A stretch of 64,000 bases of DNA from Parcubacteria group bacterium ADurb.Bin326. Its GTDB lineage: Bacteria; Patescibacteriota; Patescibacteriia; 2-01-FULL-39-33. The stretch is from NCBI GenBank assembly GCA_002068915.1, contig MWBE01000017.1, positions 3,818 to 67,817 of the forward strand, given 5' to 3'. Positions 28,102 through 38,083 of the stretch are shown piece by piece; position 1 is the stretch's first letter, and each line of letters starts with the position of its first letter. Below the pieces are notes generated by a model. It saw only the letters and a list, made by a program, of their open reading frames with translations. It ran no database searches and had not been told where the DNA came from. Position numbers and translations under genes: made by a program.

Positions 28102-31071
28102 TTATTTCAACAAGAAACTAACACCGAAATATTTATCCGAATCGGCTTGAGTAGAAAATACGGCCTTATTGTCATAAAATTCAACATCTTCCGGATAGTT
28201 TATTGCGGGACTAAAGTTCTGCGGATAAACTACCTCAGAAGTTATTTGATCGCGACTGCGACCCGATTGTTTTTGAAGCAAGACGCCATAGCTGGCAACC
28301 TCCGAAGAAAACATGGAGGCGACAGAGTTTACAAGGCCTTTGGGGCTATCTGATCTTCTGACTTTAAACGGTAGCTTATAAACCAGAAGCATCTTCTGCG
28401 TTTCTCCCGGACCGACTACTGACCAGTTAGAAAACACTGTTTTACCATTCTCCTGATAAATCTTAGTTCCTGTTTTTTCATCCTGAATTCCAAAATCCTC
28501 GTTTATTATTTCTTTCTTGTATTCCAGATCTTCTTCAAGTTTTTTGAAATCACCCGCGCCAAAAGGCTTGAATCCCGAAACAGAAATTAACTCGCTACCC
28601 AACGGAACATAGACACGGATATAGGAATTATTAGCTTGATTGGTAAAAAAATCATCAGTTGGTCCAAAATGACTACGCTCAATCAATACATGATCAATTA
28701 TTGATCCGTCTGACTGAATTTCGGCTCGATGCCAAATCTCTTGCCTGATAACGTTATCTGTTTTGCCTCCTCCCAAGTTAGTAGTGATCACGCTCAGATA
28801 ATCATTGTTTGATCCTTGGTCCTTCAATTGTCCAGCGTAACCGTTATCCAAAACAAACTGCTGTAATTGCTGATCAGCAAAATACATCACCACATCTTTT
28901 TCTCTTAAGCCATTGCCAATCGCCTCTGACAATGGCAAGACGCTTTCCGGCTCCACCGTCAAAAGCTTTTCCATTATCTTGGGAGCGAGTTCCGCCAAAA
29001 TCTTTTTTGGTTTAGTCTTGTCTTTGGCTTCCAGCTCTATGCTTTTCTGTAATTCATATTCATAATTTTCAATACTGATAGTCTTGCCATAATTTTCTAA
29101 TTTGATTGGTCCGGTAACTTTTAACAATTCCGTCAGCCAATCTGAATTGATAGCAAAAACTCCATCAACCGTAGGTCCGCCGGACTTCTCATAAAACCAT
29201 TTAATATTGGCTGCTGAGGTTGGAAAATCAGGCCACCAGTTTGAATCTTGGAATTCCCAACGACTGGCAACTAAAGACAAAGCCTTGGGCGGGGCAAGGC
29301 GTTCATTGAATCCTGCCCTGACATCATAAGTGCCGCCTTCGGGCAAAGTTATTTTTTCAATCTTTCCATTTTTAAAATCAACTAAAGCAAAACTACCCAT
29401 AAAGCCTCCGGTGGCCCGCATTTCGTTATCGTTTTGAAAGACGAACAGATAACGCTTAAGTTCTCTTTCGCCCAAAACTTTGACGGCGAATTCGGAAGCA
29501 TTCCTCATTTCTTTCATGCTCTCGATAGCCAAAGGCAGACTTTCCTTCAACTTAACAAAACGCTCACGACTATCATCAGGAATGTGGCTGGATGAAACCT
29601 TTTCTGCGTTTTCCTGCGCCAAAATCATTTCCTCAAGCGCCGAGTCCAATTCCAATTTAAAATTGTTTATCTTACTCGAAAGCGATAAATTTGACTCCCT
29701 ATCAGAAAGAATTTTGATCCCCTTAATTAAATACTCGCCAGCCGAAGAAAGTCGCTCCCCCATTTCAATGATATTTTTGCCTGACTTGAAAGTATTTTGA
29801 GCCGGAGCCACTTCCGCCAAAACCGTCACAAAAGACTTAATATCTTCCAATTGATCTTTAGCTGAATTAAAATTCTTATTGGCCTTGGCTAGATTGGCGC
29901 TTGCTTCATCCAAACTAAACGCCTTGAGATCGTCTCCGGCTTGGGACATACTCCTGACGGCTTGTTCAGCCTCGCCCAAAACTTTACCCTTGATTGCGCC
30001 AACTTGATCCACATAAGACATCGCCTTGACTGAAAAAACCAGGGCGAGCATTATCCCTAAGGAAATTGACGCGATAGTCTTCATTTTAACGTTGGGTTTT
30101 TTGAACTCGAAATTACTGAAGAAATCAAGATTGGGCAACCAATCATGCTTGGGCCAAGGGGCTGACGGTTTTTGAATATTAAGCACTACTCCTCGCCTGG
30201 TAAAATTATTCTCCAAGTATTTTTCTCTGACTTCCTTGATGCTGGGCTTGCTATTTCCTTGTTCGACGCCCTGCTTGCCTAATTTGTTTAAGGACTGATT
30301 CTCGGATAACAAATCAGAAATAGTCGGCTCATAGGTTGCGGTTGTGGCTGTAAATTTTTGCCTGAATTTCTCCAAAGAGACGTCGTCTTCTTTCTTATCA
30401 ACAACATCGATTTGGGGCTTACTATCAAGCCAAACCGTCTCATCCTTGACAAAGGGCTTGGATAAATACCATTTAGCCAAAAGAAATGAAACTCTTGCCA
30501 GCTGATAAAGTTTAACTGTTTGTCGCCACAAAAAAACAAGAAAATTAATAAAAAATATCTGTTCCAGTAATTCCTTGTTTTGTTTAGAGATAAGTTGATG
30601 CGGCAATTCCCGATTTATCGCGGGACCGGTAGAAAATAAATCTTCAAAATAATTTTTGACTCTCTTTAGGGCGATAACGATTTCGCTCTTATCAAGCTCC
30701 CAAAAAGAAAAAAATCCTATTTTTTCCAGCCATTCCCCTGCCGGCAACTGCGCATAGGATATTTCTTTGACTCTGGGAGCGACAAATTCTTTTTCCGGAT
30801 GCTTAGACTTAGAAAGATCAAGCAAAAATGGAGAGTGGTACACATCTAGCGGATGGTCAGCGATGCTGATTTTAAAAGTCTTTTTATCTTTTTGGTCTCC
30901 AATCAATTCCAAGGGTTCTGCCTTATTTTCTAAAGAGTTATCAAACAAAACATCGGCCGCGTCACGGCCTAACTTAGACTTTTTTAGAGTTGTGGCAGAC
31001 TTTTGAACGGCGTTTTTTTTCTTTGTCGTCGCCTTCGGTTTGCCAACAGATGTTTTTCTCTTAATTGCCAC
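28102..31071 (-). CDS. DUF4012 domain-containing membrane protein (cell-envelope associated)
   Basis: 989-aa ORF with a Lys-rich N-terminus, one TM, and a segment YLFVFQNDNEMRATGGFMGSFALVDFKNGKI that resembles the DUF4012 core. Confidence 0.5.
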   Translation of the reverse strand: MAIKRKTSVGKPKATTKKKNAVQKSATTLKKSKLGRDAADVLFDNSLENKAEPLELIGDQKDKKTFKISIADHPLDVYHSPFLLDLSKSKHPEKEFVAPRVKEISYAQLPAGEWLEKIGFFSFWELDKSEIVIALKRVKNYFEDLFSTGPAINRELPHQLISKQNKELLEQIFFINFLVFLWRQTVKLYQLARVSFLLAKWYLSKPFVKDETVWLDSKPQIDVVDKKEDDVSLEKFRQKFTATTATYEPTISDLLSENQSLNKLGKQGVEQGNSKPSIKEVREKYLENNFTRRGVVLNIQKPSAPWPKHDWLPNLDFFSNFEFKKPNVKMKTIASISLGIMLALVFSVKAMSYVDQVGAIKGKVLGEAEQAVRSMSQAGDDLKAFSLDEASANLAKANKNFNSAKDQLEDIKSFVTVLAEVAPAQNTFKSGKNIIEMGERLSSAGEYLIKGIKILSDRESNLSLSSKINNFKLELDSALEEMILAQENAEKVSSSHIPDDSRERFVKLKESLPLAIESMKEMRNASEFAVKVLGERELKRYLFVFQNDNEMRATGGFMGSFALVDFKNGKIEKITLPEGGTYDVRAGFNERLAPPKALSLVASRWEFQDSNWWPDFPTSAANIKWFYEKSGGPTVDGVFAINSDWLTELLKVTGPIKLENYGKTISIENYEYELQKSIELEAKDKTKPKKILAELAPKIMEKLLTVEPESVLPLSEAIGNGLREKDVVMYFADQQLQQFVLDNGYAGQLKDQGSNNDYLSVITTNLGGGKTDNVIRQEIWHRAEIQSDGSIIDHVLIERSHFGPTDDFFTNQANNSYIRVYVPLGSELISVSGFKPFGAGDFKKLEEDLEYKKEIINEDFGIQDEKTGTKIYQENGKTVFSNWSVVGPGETQKMLLVYKLPFKVRRSDSPKGLVNSVASMFSSEVASYGVLLQKQSGRSRDQITSEVVYPQNFSPAINYPEDVEFYDNKAVFSTQADSDKYFGVSFLLK

Positions 31072-31161
31072 CTTCTGAATTGTTTTAGTTAAAAATATTA
31101 TAACACAAATCCCGCCTGATAAACAAGCGGGACTGTGGATAAGTATTGCTTTAATAAAGAA

Positions 31162-32307
31162 TCATTTTTCCTGATAAATTTTACTGATCTCCTGTGCCAT
31201 CTTTTTCCAAGAATACCGCTTAAGATTGTGATCTCCGGCGGTAATTTTTTGTTGACGTAAATTATCATCCGAAAGCATCAGCTCAATTTTTTCTGCCATC
31301 TCGCCAATGTTTTCCGGGTCAAAATAAATTGCGCTATCACCAAGAACTTCCGGCAAACAAGATCGATCAGAACTCACAACCGGCAAGCCGTAAGACTGCG
31401 CCTCCAATGGAGGCAGCCCGAAGCCTTCAATCAATGAAGGAAAAACATAGAGCTTGGCTTGTCGATAAAGAACAGCCAACTCGCTGTCATTAAGATAACC
31501 GGTAAGAATTACTTTTTCTTTGAACTCTTCGGGAAATGGGCCGGTCGCCTGAGCCATTTCTTCTATCTTTTTCTGCAATTCATTATAGAAGTGATTTATC
31601 TTTCCCACCAAAACTAATTTCAAAGAAGGATTGTTGACGGCAACAATAGCGAAAGCCTCCAATAGCTTTTCTAAATTCTTATGTGGATAAGCTGATCCTA
31701 CATAAAGTAAAAAATCTCCGGGTAACTTTAGACGAGTTAAGACACTTGCAGTATCAGCCCCAGAAACTTCCGGCAGGTCAACGCCTTCGTAAACTGTTTG
31801 AATCTTATCTGAGGTAACCTTAAGTAGATGAGCAATATCTTGTTTGGTAAAGTCGGAGACAGCAATGATTTTTTTAGCCCGACGCGCCGAGCTAGCAACT
31901 ACCAAATCATAAAAAAACAATTTCGTCTTATAAAGCATCGGGTTAAGCGTGGTAGCGCGATGGCTCGGATAATGCGAGATAATCAAGTCATGAATTGTAA
32001 CCACAAACTTGCCACGAAACAACAGTGGCACGTTGAAATGAGTGAAATGCACCAAATCAAGACGATATTTGGCTAGCAAGAAAGGAAAAATTAATTGTTC
32101 ACCCAAACTATAGGCGCGAAAGTCGGCTTTAACTTTCTTAAAATTAGGATTTTGGGGTTGATAATCGTTTATTCCATTGCCATCCAAAAAAACAAAATAC
32201 TCATTGGTAGTATCAATTAACTCCAATTCTTTAAGTAATTGTTCGGTATAGCGACCAATGCCGCCGTGTCTGGTGCCAAAAAGCCGCGCATCAATGCCTA
32301 TTCGCAT
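31162..32307 (-). CDS. glycosyltransferase family 4
   Basis: 381-aa ORF with an N-terminal GIDARLF...GGIGRYT and a C-terminal GT4 E..G.P motif. Confidence 0.8.
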   Translation of the reverse strand: MRIGIDARLFGTRHGGIGRYTEQLLKELELIDTTNEYFVFLDGNGINDYQPQNPNFKKVKADFRAYSLGEQLIFPFLLAKYRLDLVHFTHFNVPLLFRGKFVVTIHDLIISHYPSHRATTLNPMLYKTKLFFYDLVVASSARRAKKIIAVSDFTKQDIAHLLKVTSDKIQTVYEGVDLPEVSGADTASVLTRLKLPGDFLLYVGSAYPHKNLEKLLEAFAIVAVNNPSLKLVLVGKINHFYNELQKKIEEMAQATGPFPEEFKEKVILTGYLNDSELAVLYRQAKLYVFPSLIEGFGLPPLEAQSYGLPVVSSDRSCLPEVLGDSAIYFDPENIGEMAEKIELMLSDDNLRQQKITAGDHNLKRYSWKKMAQEISKIYQEK

Positions 32308-32428
32308 ATATCTTAACTTTTTACTTTATTTAAATTAATCATAGCATAAAATCAATAAAGATATCTAATTTCCCAATTTATTTTATCTAATTTTAGATGT
32401 TTTATTCGATTGTGGGCTGTTTTTACTA

Positions 32429-32457
32429 TTTACAAATATTAAAATGTATGCTATAAT
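32429..32457 (+). promoter_or_regulatory. near-consensus sigma70 promoter TTTACA-N17-TATAAT
   Basis: TTTACA at 32429-32434, exact 17-nt spacer, TATAAT at 32452-32457. A GC-rich transcript region starts immediately downstream. Confidence 0.6.
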
Positions 32458-32562
32458 TAAATAATTGGTCGAGTTGACCAAGATTGGTGAAAATGGCTGT
32501 CCGACCTCGGCTTGGGTCGGCAGCAGGAATAGACCTCTGACCAGAGGCAAGAAGGAGAAAGC

Positions 32563-32758
32563 CATGAAAGAGCAAAGTCGCATGCCGGCACGCCGTCGCA
32601 GCACCGGCGAAAACGTGAGAAAACAAGAGCACCGGCCACACATGATTTTCGCCAGCTATGGTGACGGGGAACGCCCCATAATCATCCGCGAAGGCGACCG
32701 GCCGCAGCCCCGCGTTACCCGCGTCTCCGGCTCCGTTGATCCCGCCAAGGCCACCTAA
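32563..32758 (+). CDS. candidate small Arg-rich protein (64 aa, MKEQSRMPARRRSTGENVRK...), which may instead be part of a structured ncRNA
   Basis: [17 protein letters not shown]. Lies in a short GC-rich island between the promoter at 32429 and the terminator at 32830. The ORF track's longer 32465 start would sit at the transcription start and is unlikely. Confidence 0.3.
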
Positions 32759-32829
32759 CCCCGCAACACCGAGCAGCGTCTCGCCACCGCGGCGTAGATC
32801 TGCCTCCCCGCACTTTTTTTCACCTTCAC

Positions 32830-32867
32830 CCCCACCGCTTGAGAAACGGTGGGGCCATTTTTTTATT
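32830..32867 (+). terminator. intrinsic terminator (CCCCACCG-cttgagaaa-CGGTGGGG + T7)
   Basis: Read directly; preceded by a CCCCGCACTTTTTTT motif. Confidence 0.65.
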
Positions 32868-33975
32868 TCAAAGTTTCAAATATTTGCAATACTTTCTGCG
32901 CCGTATCTTTCCAATCAAACAACTTAACCCGCTCCAATCCCCTTCTGATAAATTCTTGCCTTAGACTTTCATTACTAAGTAGCAATTCCATTGCTCGTCT
33001 GATCTGAGTAATATCATAAGGATCTACCAATAAACCAGCATCAGCCAATACTTCCCCTTGCGAAGAATTAGCTCCCGCGATAACCGGCGTGCCGCAAGCC
33101 ATTGCTTCAACAATTGGCAAACCAAACCCTTCGTAAAAAGAAGGATAAACCAAAATTTGTGCCAAAGAATATAATGCTGGCTTATCTGTTTCATCGATAT
33201 AACCAATTAATTTAATTCTCTGATCTTGCGCCGCCAGCACCTTAACTCTATTATTCTTCCAGCCACTAGCTCCGGCAATCACTAATGACGCCTTAGTATC
33301 TATTTTGACAAAAGCCTTAATAACACTAATCAAATTTTTGCGTGGCTCTAAAGACCCGAGGGACAGAATAAAATTATCCGGCAAACCATATTTTTTCTTG
33401 ACCTTATCTAGCTCTGTTGCGTCATTAATCGGCTGATAAGCTCGACCGACTCCCAGTAAACAAACATGAATCTTTTCCGAATTAACCCGCGCCAAATCAA
33501 TCAAATCCTTTTTAGTATTTTCCGAATCAGCGACAATGGCGGCGGCTCTTTCTAATATCTTATTTCTAAGTATCAGTTTGTGCCACAACCGTTGCTTAAA
33601 AGTAAAAAACTCCGAATAAATCAAAAAAGACAAATCATGGACGGCTACAACATGCCCGCACTCAGACGAAAGAGAAGCGAAGTGAAGATTGGGAGAAAAG
33701 AAAACATCGCATCCGCCAATCAACTTATCTAACTTAGGCCAACCTAAAAAATTGAGAGATAGATTAAAAAGCTTATTGGGATAACGAAAACCACGCCAAG
33801 AGACATTGGGATAATCAAAATCTGGCAACTTTACGGATTTGGAGGAGTTATAAAACAAGACATATTCGTTTTGCCGATCTAATTCAAATAATGCCTTCAA
33901 TAAATTGAAGGCATACCAAGAAACCCCGGAATATTGCTCGTCCATCAAACAACGAGCATCGATGCCAATTTTCAT
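32863..33975 (-). CDS. glycosyltransferase family 4
   Basis: 370-aa ORF with a GT4 C-terminal domain (YEGFGLPIVEAMACGTPVIAG). Confidence 0.8.
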   Translation of the reverse strand: MKIGIDARCLMDEQYSGVSWYAFNLLKALFELDRQNEYVLFYNSSKSVKLPDFDYPNVSWRGFRYPNKLFNLSLNFLGWPKLDKLIGGCDVFFSPNLHFASLSSECGHVVAVHDLSFLIYSEFFTFKQRLWHKLILRNKILERAAAIVADSENTKKDLIDLARVNSEKIHVCLLGVGRAYQPINDATELDKVKKKYGLPDNFILSLGSLEPRKNLISVIKAFVKIDTKASLVIAGASGWKNNRVKVLAAQDQRIKLIGYIDETDKPALYSLAQILVYPSFYEGFGLPIVEAMACGTPVIAGANSSQGEVLADAGLLVDPYDITQIRRAMELLLSNESLRQEFIRRGLERVKLFDWKDTAQKVLQIFETLK

Positions 33976-35063
33976 GACTGGATTGATTGACTAATATAGT
34001 CTTGAATCTTACGCTTAAAATTGTCTACGCTAAATTGCTCCGCATGAGCGCGAATTGCCAAAGGGTTATAAATATCCTTAAAACGAACCACCCTATCAGC
34101 CAATTCTTCCCAAATCTGCTCATCAAAAAACTCTCCCGTCACTCCGTCTATAATGGTTTCTGTGGCTCCGCCCTTGCGATAAGCAATAACGGGACGGCCG
34201 GAGGCCATGGCCTCGACAGCCGTAATTCCGAAATCTTCTTCTTGCGGATTAATATAGGCAATACAATCACGATAAAGTTCGGCTCTTTTCTCATCGCTGA
34301 CTTTCTCTAGAAATTCAACATTTTTCTTCGCCATCTTCTTGAGGCGCTTCAATTCCGGACCGACTCCAAAAACTTTAAGAGGAATCTCCAGTCTCGAAAA
34401 AGCTTTCACCACTAAATCAATTTTTTTGTAAGGCACTAACCTGCCGCCCGCCAGATAATATTTTTTCAGCTGGTTCGAGATACTAAACTTATCCAAGTCA
34501 ACAGGAGGATGAATTACTATACTATCGCGTCCGTAATATTTCTTGATACGCTCAGCAACGGTCTGAGAATTAGCAATGAAATGATCAACGCGATTGGCGG
34601 CCAGACAGTCCCAAGTTCGCAATTTATTCAAAGTCAAAGGCAAGGTTTTTTTGACCAGCTTGTGTACTTTTAATTCTCTGAGATAGTTATGGCTGTCATT
34701 CCAAAGATAACGCGTCGGTGTGTGACAATAACAGATGTGCAATGTTCCCGGCTTAGTAATAACCCCCTTAGCAAAAGAAGAGGCAGAAGAAATTACCAGA
34801 TCATAATCCATCAAGTTTTGATGTTCGGTAGCGGCTGGCATTAGTGATAACCACCACTGATATCGACTAACCCCCAGAGGAAAGCGCTGCAAAAAGGAAG
34901 TCCTAATATCTTTGTCGGCGAAATGTTTGTTGGTATTTTTTCTATCCAAAACCAAAGTAAAAATAGGCGCTTGCGGATAAATCTCGTTAAGCGCTTTGAG
35001 TACTTGCTCAGCTCCCCCGTCCTGAACCAGGTGATCGTGAATTAAAGCTATTTTGGGCGGCAT
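33972..35063 (-). CDS. glycosyltransferase family 4
   Basis: 363-aa ORF with a GT4 C-terminal domain (EDFGITAVEAMASGRPVIAY). Confidence 0.8.
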   Translation of the reverse strand: MPPKIALIHDHLVQDGGAEQVLKALNEIYPQAPIFTLVLDRKNTNKHFADKDIRTSFLQRFPLGVSRYQWWLSLMPAATEHQNLMDYDLVISSASSFAKGVITKPGTLHICYCHTPTRYLWNDSHNYLRELKVHKLVKKTLPLTLNKLRTWDCLAANRVDHFIANSQTVAERIKKYYGRDSIVIHPPVDLDKFSISNQLKKYYLAGGRLVPYKKIDLVVKAFSRLEIPLKVFGVGPELKRLKKMAKKNVEFLEKVSDEKRAELYRDCIAYINPQEEDFGITAVEAMASGRPVIAYRKGGATETIIDGVTGEFFDEQIWEELADRVVRFKDIYNPLAIRAHAEQFSVDNFKRKIQDYISQSIQS

Positions 35064-35120
35064 AATAATGCCATTATTTTAAATGATTTAAATAATTTAA
35101 GCAACACCTTAATAATAAAA

Positions 35121-36128
35121 TTAAATTGAATTCTTATAATATCCCCTATTATTTTCTGGCAACATCTGAGCAATTTGCGTCATTAGCCAATCAGTATTGT
35201 TAAGCTCGCTATTATTCTCATCAAAAGTAACAGCCTCTCCCACCTTCAATATTTTTCCTCGTCCAGATTCTTCAAAAAAAGAGGTTGGCAATATTGGCAA
35301 CTGCTTGCCGGTTAACTTTTCATATTGTGAAGCGACCAATTCCAGTCCTCTATAAGCCTGCTTCATCTCTGGTTTCTCTTGGGTAAGTGACTGGGGTTGC
35401 AGCCACAACCCTTCGGGAAACAAACACATTGCGTCTCCGCGAGACAATACCGCAACTGATTGCCTGACAAAATCCGTATCGACCCGCAGTCCGCCACGAT
35501 CTTCTTGCGCGCTTATTTCTTGAAAAACTTTCTTGCCCACGATACCCTGCCTTTCTTTGGCGGCGTACTTTTCTTCTTTGGATAGATTAGACAAACTTTC
35601 TTGGACAGGAATAGCCTTGATAGCTTTCAAAAAACTTCTAGCAAAAAATGAATTTTTCCACCAAATACTTTTGCCAATGATTGGATGCGGATTAAAATCC
35701 TTAAATGTTTTCAGAAGCGCCTGAACATCGCCATTACCAAAATGATTACAAACAACAACAAAGGGGCCTGACTCTGGAATATTCTCCTTATTCCTTAATT
35801 CAAATCTTACGCTTCCGGACCAAAGATCCAAAAATAAATTAGAAACCAAAGACTTTTCTTTTTTTAAATAATCCGGCAAATAACGGCTTTGATAATCAGA
35901 AATCTTCCGGCTTAATGATTCACCATTTGAGAAATCGGTTGATGGCCCTTGTTTTATTGAATCAATTTTTTTCCTAGTTGCCTCAATCTGTTCGACAACA
36001 TCTTCTGGACTATCAGATTCCAATACTTCCGAAGACTCAATTTGATCTGACTGGTAAGATTCTGTTCCGGATGCGTCCTCTGGACTGATTGGGAACCTTT
36101 CATTACCTTGATTTTTTTCTCCTATCAT
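35121..36128 (-). CDS. lysophospholipid acyltransferase (PlsC/LPLAT family) with an acidic N-terminal extension
   Basis: 335-aa ORF with the H-x4-D motif (VVCNHFGNGDV) and a downstream FPEG motif. Confidence 0.6.
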   Translation of the reverse strand: MIGEKNQGNERFPISPEDASGTESYQSDQIESSEVLESDSPEDVVEQIEATRKKIDSIKQGPSTDFSNGESLSRKISDYQSRYLPDYLKKEKSLVSNLFLDLWSGSVRFELRNKENIPESGPFVVVCNHFGNGDVQALLKTFKDFNPHPIIGKSIWWKNSFFARSFLKAIKAIPVQESLSNLSKEEKYAAKERQGIVGKKVFQEISAQEDRGGLRVDTDFVRQSVAVLSRGDAMCLFPEGLWLQPQSLTQEKPEMKQAYRGLELVASQYEKLTGKQLPILPTSFFEESGRGKILKVGEAVTFDENNSELNNTDWLMTQIAQMLPENNRGYYKNSI

Positions 36129-36215
36129 AGATTTATTTTATTGTTCTTATGATACAATAAATAAAAAGGCATTACAATTTAATCAAATCAGATAAGGATG
36201 ACTCCCCCCGCTTGC

Positions 36216-36244
36216 AAAAACAAAAAAACTATGTTAGAATATCT
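36216..36244 (+). promoter_or_regulatory. promoter TTGCAA-N17-TAGAAT upstream of tRNA-Lys
   Basis: Read directly; 17-nt spacer. Confidence 0.4.
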
Positions 36245-36256
36245 AGCGTAAATTAA

Positions 36257-36329
36257 GCGCCTATAGCTCAGTCGGTAGAGCAACAGCCTTTTAAGCTGAT
36301 GGTCCCAGGTTCGAGTCCTGGTGGGCGCA
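36257..36329 (+). tRNA. tRNA-Lys (anticodon UUU)
   Basis: GCGCCTA-TA-GCTC-AGTCGGTA-GAGC-A-ACAGC-CTTTTAA-GCTGA-TGGTC-CCAGG-TTCGAGT-CCTGG-TGGGCGC-A. Canonical cloverleaf, anticodon loop CUUUUAA. Confidence 0.9.
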
Positions 36330-36495
36330 TAAATGAAAAATCCGCTTATGGGCGAATTTTTATGTTGGCCCAATGAATTGTCTATATCATTGACAAAAAT
36401 AGATAATTATGATACTTTAATTTGTTACTAATAAAAATTAGAGCCCCCAGCTGCAAGGGTTATTGTAGTAAACGGCACATTGAAAGGTTAGAAAA

Positions 36496-38058
36496 ATGAA
36501 CATAAGTAGTTTTGTCAAAGAACTGGCAAAGATACTGCCGAAGAATCTACTCAGTATGCAAACGGATGACAGGAGGGCCGTGGCAAGTCGAGTAATATTC
36601 TCCGGAGACTGGGAGAAGCAAGAACAGACAACTCTACTCAGTAACGACCCTGTTGTTATTGATGGGCTGTATGAGAAAAAGAGTCTTCGTTTGTGTGGCC
36701 ACTTCGGGAGAAAAAGAGAGACAACCGAAATTCTCAATTTCATATCCGCTCTCCTCTTCGAGTCCAAGCAGATGATTTTTGGCCCGCTAGACTTCAAGGC
36801 TAAGGTGACGGTTTGGTGGAAAAAAGTAGAAGACTTCTTTCAAGAGACTGACATGGCAGATTTATCCGCCATTAACGTCAAAGCAGTCTTCTACTCCGAA
36901 GATCCTACTAGGCCGAGGTTCGGCCTAACCCAAAAAGAGCACCGTTTTGAAGCCCAGCTCAGCCGTTTGCCGCTTGGAATGAAAAAACTCGTAGTCACTG
37001 CCCAAGGAGATTATGCCCCCATACTTCAGAAGAAGGCTGAGGGCAGTGTGACTATAAGTTTATCGCCGGCTGACACTGAGAGATTGTTGAAGGCCTCTGG
37101 CGGGATGTCACGAAGACTGCTTGAAGCGGCACTGAAGCCGCAAAAAAAGCGAGTCTGCCGGTTCAATTCGGAAAGCGGCATGATGGAAGAGGGCTGGATT
37201 GAAGAAATCACCCTCCTTATATCAGCCTCGAGGCTTCCCTACTACGAAGGGGTCTTGAGACGCAAGCTACCGGTCAATTCCCAGGTCGGCAACAAAAGAA
37301 GCAGCATTGCCAGGATCACCAGAATCTTCTGGCGCACCAGTACTGCGCTGTCGGCAATGAAAGAGCTGATTGGCCAACTTGATTGTTTGGAAACAACAAC
37401 AGTCTTCGACCGGCCAATAATAACTTTGGCCGGGGCCAAAGCCTTCCTCGACCAACTAATGGCGGCAATTGAAGAGACTTGCATCTCCGGTCGCATGTTT
37501 TACGGAGTCGCCAACCGACAACTTAGGCTCTTTGCCCTAAAGCAAGCGGAGGAGCAGTTTGGCAAAGACGTAGTAACCAAACGAGAAGACATGGAAGAGC
37601 GCCAATACGTAGAATTCCTCGAAGAACTGGGGTTTATCAAAGGAGTTCAAGCAGAAGAAGGCTCTCTCGATTTCAATTTTAAAGAGAAAAACCTCTTCTT
37701 GTTTCTGCTACAGTCCTACCGAGCTAATCCCGAAAAGCTTGTCGCCCGATACCGGGAACTCTACGTCAACAAGCCACCAAAGACCCTTATTTGGGGTGAA
37801 GCCGTTCTCGACGCCTCCAAGCTGAAGAGACTACAATTGCCGTCTCAGGCGAAAGTCAGCGGTCTAAGCCTCAGAAAGATTCCAGGAACAGGAGAATCGG
37901 AAGAGTTGATTGTTCAGAATGAATTGCCCTTTAAGGAAAACGATTTTTCCTTTTGGGCAAGAATTCCAATCGAGTCTGAAGGCACCCCGCTCCTGGAACT
38001 GCAGAACTACGCTTGCGAAGCCCTGGGAATCACTGTTGCGAATGCGACTGGCGCCTGA
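36496..38058 (+). CDS. hypothetical protein (520 aa), compositionally distinct from neighbours, immediately downstream of tRNA-Lys
   Basis: Long ORF with moderately elevated GC and no recognised motifs. Candidate promoter TTGACA (36390-36395) with a weak -10. Own terminator downstream. Confidence 0.5.
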   Translation: MNISSFVKELAKILPKNLLSMQTDDRRAVASRVIFSGDWEKQEQTTLLSNDPVVIDGLYEKKSLRLCGHFGRKRETTEILNFISALLFESKQMIFGPLDFKAKVTVWWKKVEDFFQETDMADLSAINVKAVFYSEDPTRPRFGLTQKEHRFEAQLSRLPLGMKKLVVTAQGDYAPILQKKAEGSVTISLSPADTERLLKASGGMSRRLLEAALKPQKKRVCRFNSESGMMEEGWIEEITLLISASRLPYYEGVLRRKLPVNSQVGNKRSSIARITRIFWRTSTALSAMKELIGQLDCLETTTVFDRPIITLAGAKAFLDQLMAAIEETCISGRMFYGVANRQLRLFALKQAEEQFGKDVVTKREDMEERQYVEFLEELGFIKGVQAEEGSLDFNFKEKNLFLFLLQSYRANPEKLVARYRELYVNKPPKTLIWGEAVLDASKLKRLQLPSQAKVSGLSLRKIPGTGESEELIVQNELPFKENDFSFWARIPIESEGTPLLELQNYACEALGITVANATGA

Positions 38059-38083
38059 TTCCTGGCCCACCTTTCCCGCCCAG

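Noticed and set aside
32383-32927. Multiple overlapping ORFs on both strands (86, 71, 60, 97, 63 aa) in the GC-rich island
   Set aside because: Stop-codon-poor GC-rich sequence generates open frames in all phases. Only the 64-aa frame has an SD, and even that is reported at low confidence.
36188-36797. Minus-strand ORFs of 61 aa and 119 aa overlapping tRNA-Lys and the start of the 520-aa gene
   Set aside because: They overlap a canonical tRNA and a longer, better-supported plus-strand CDS and have no translation signals.
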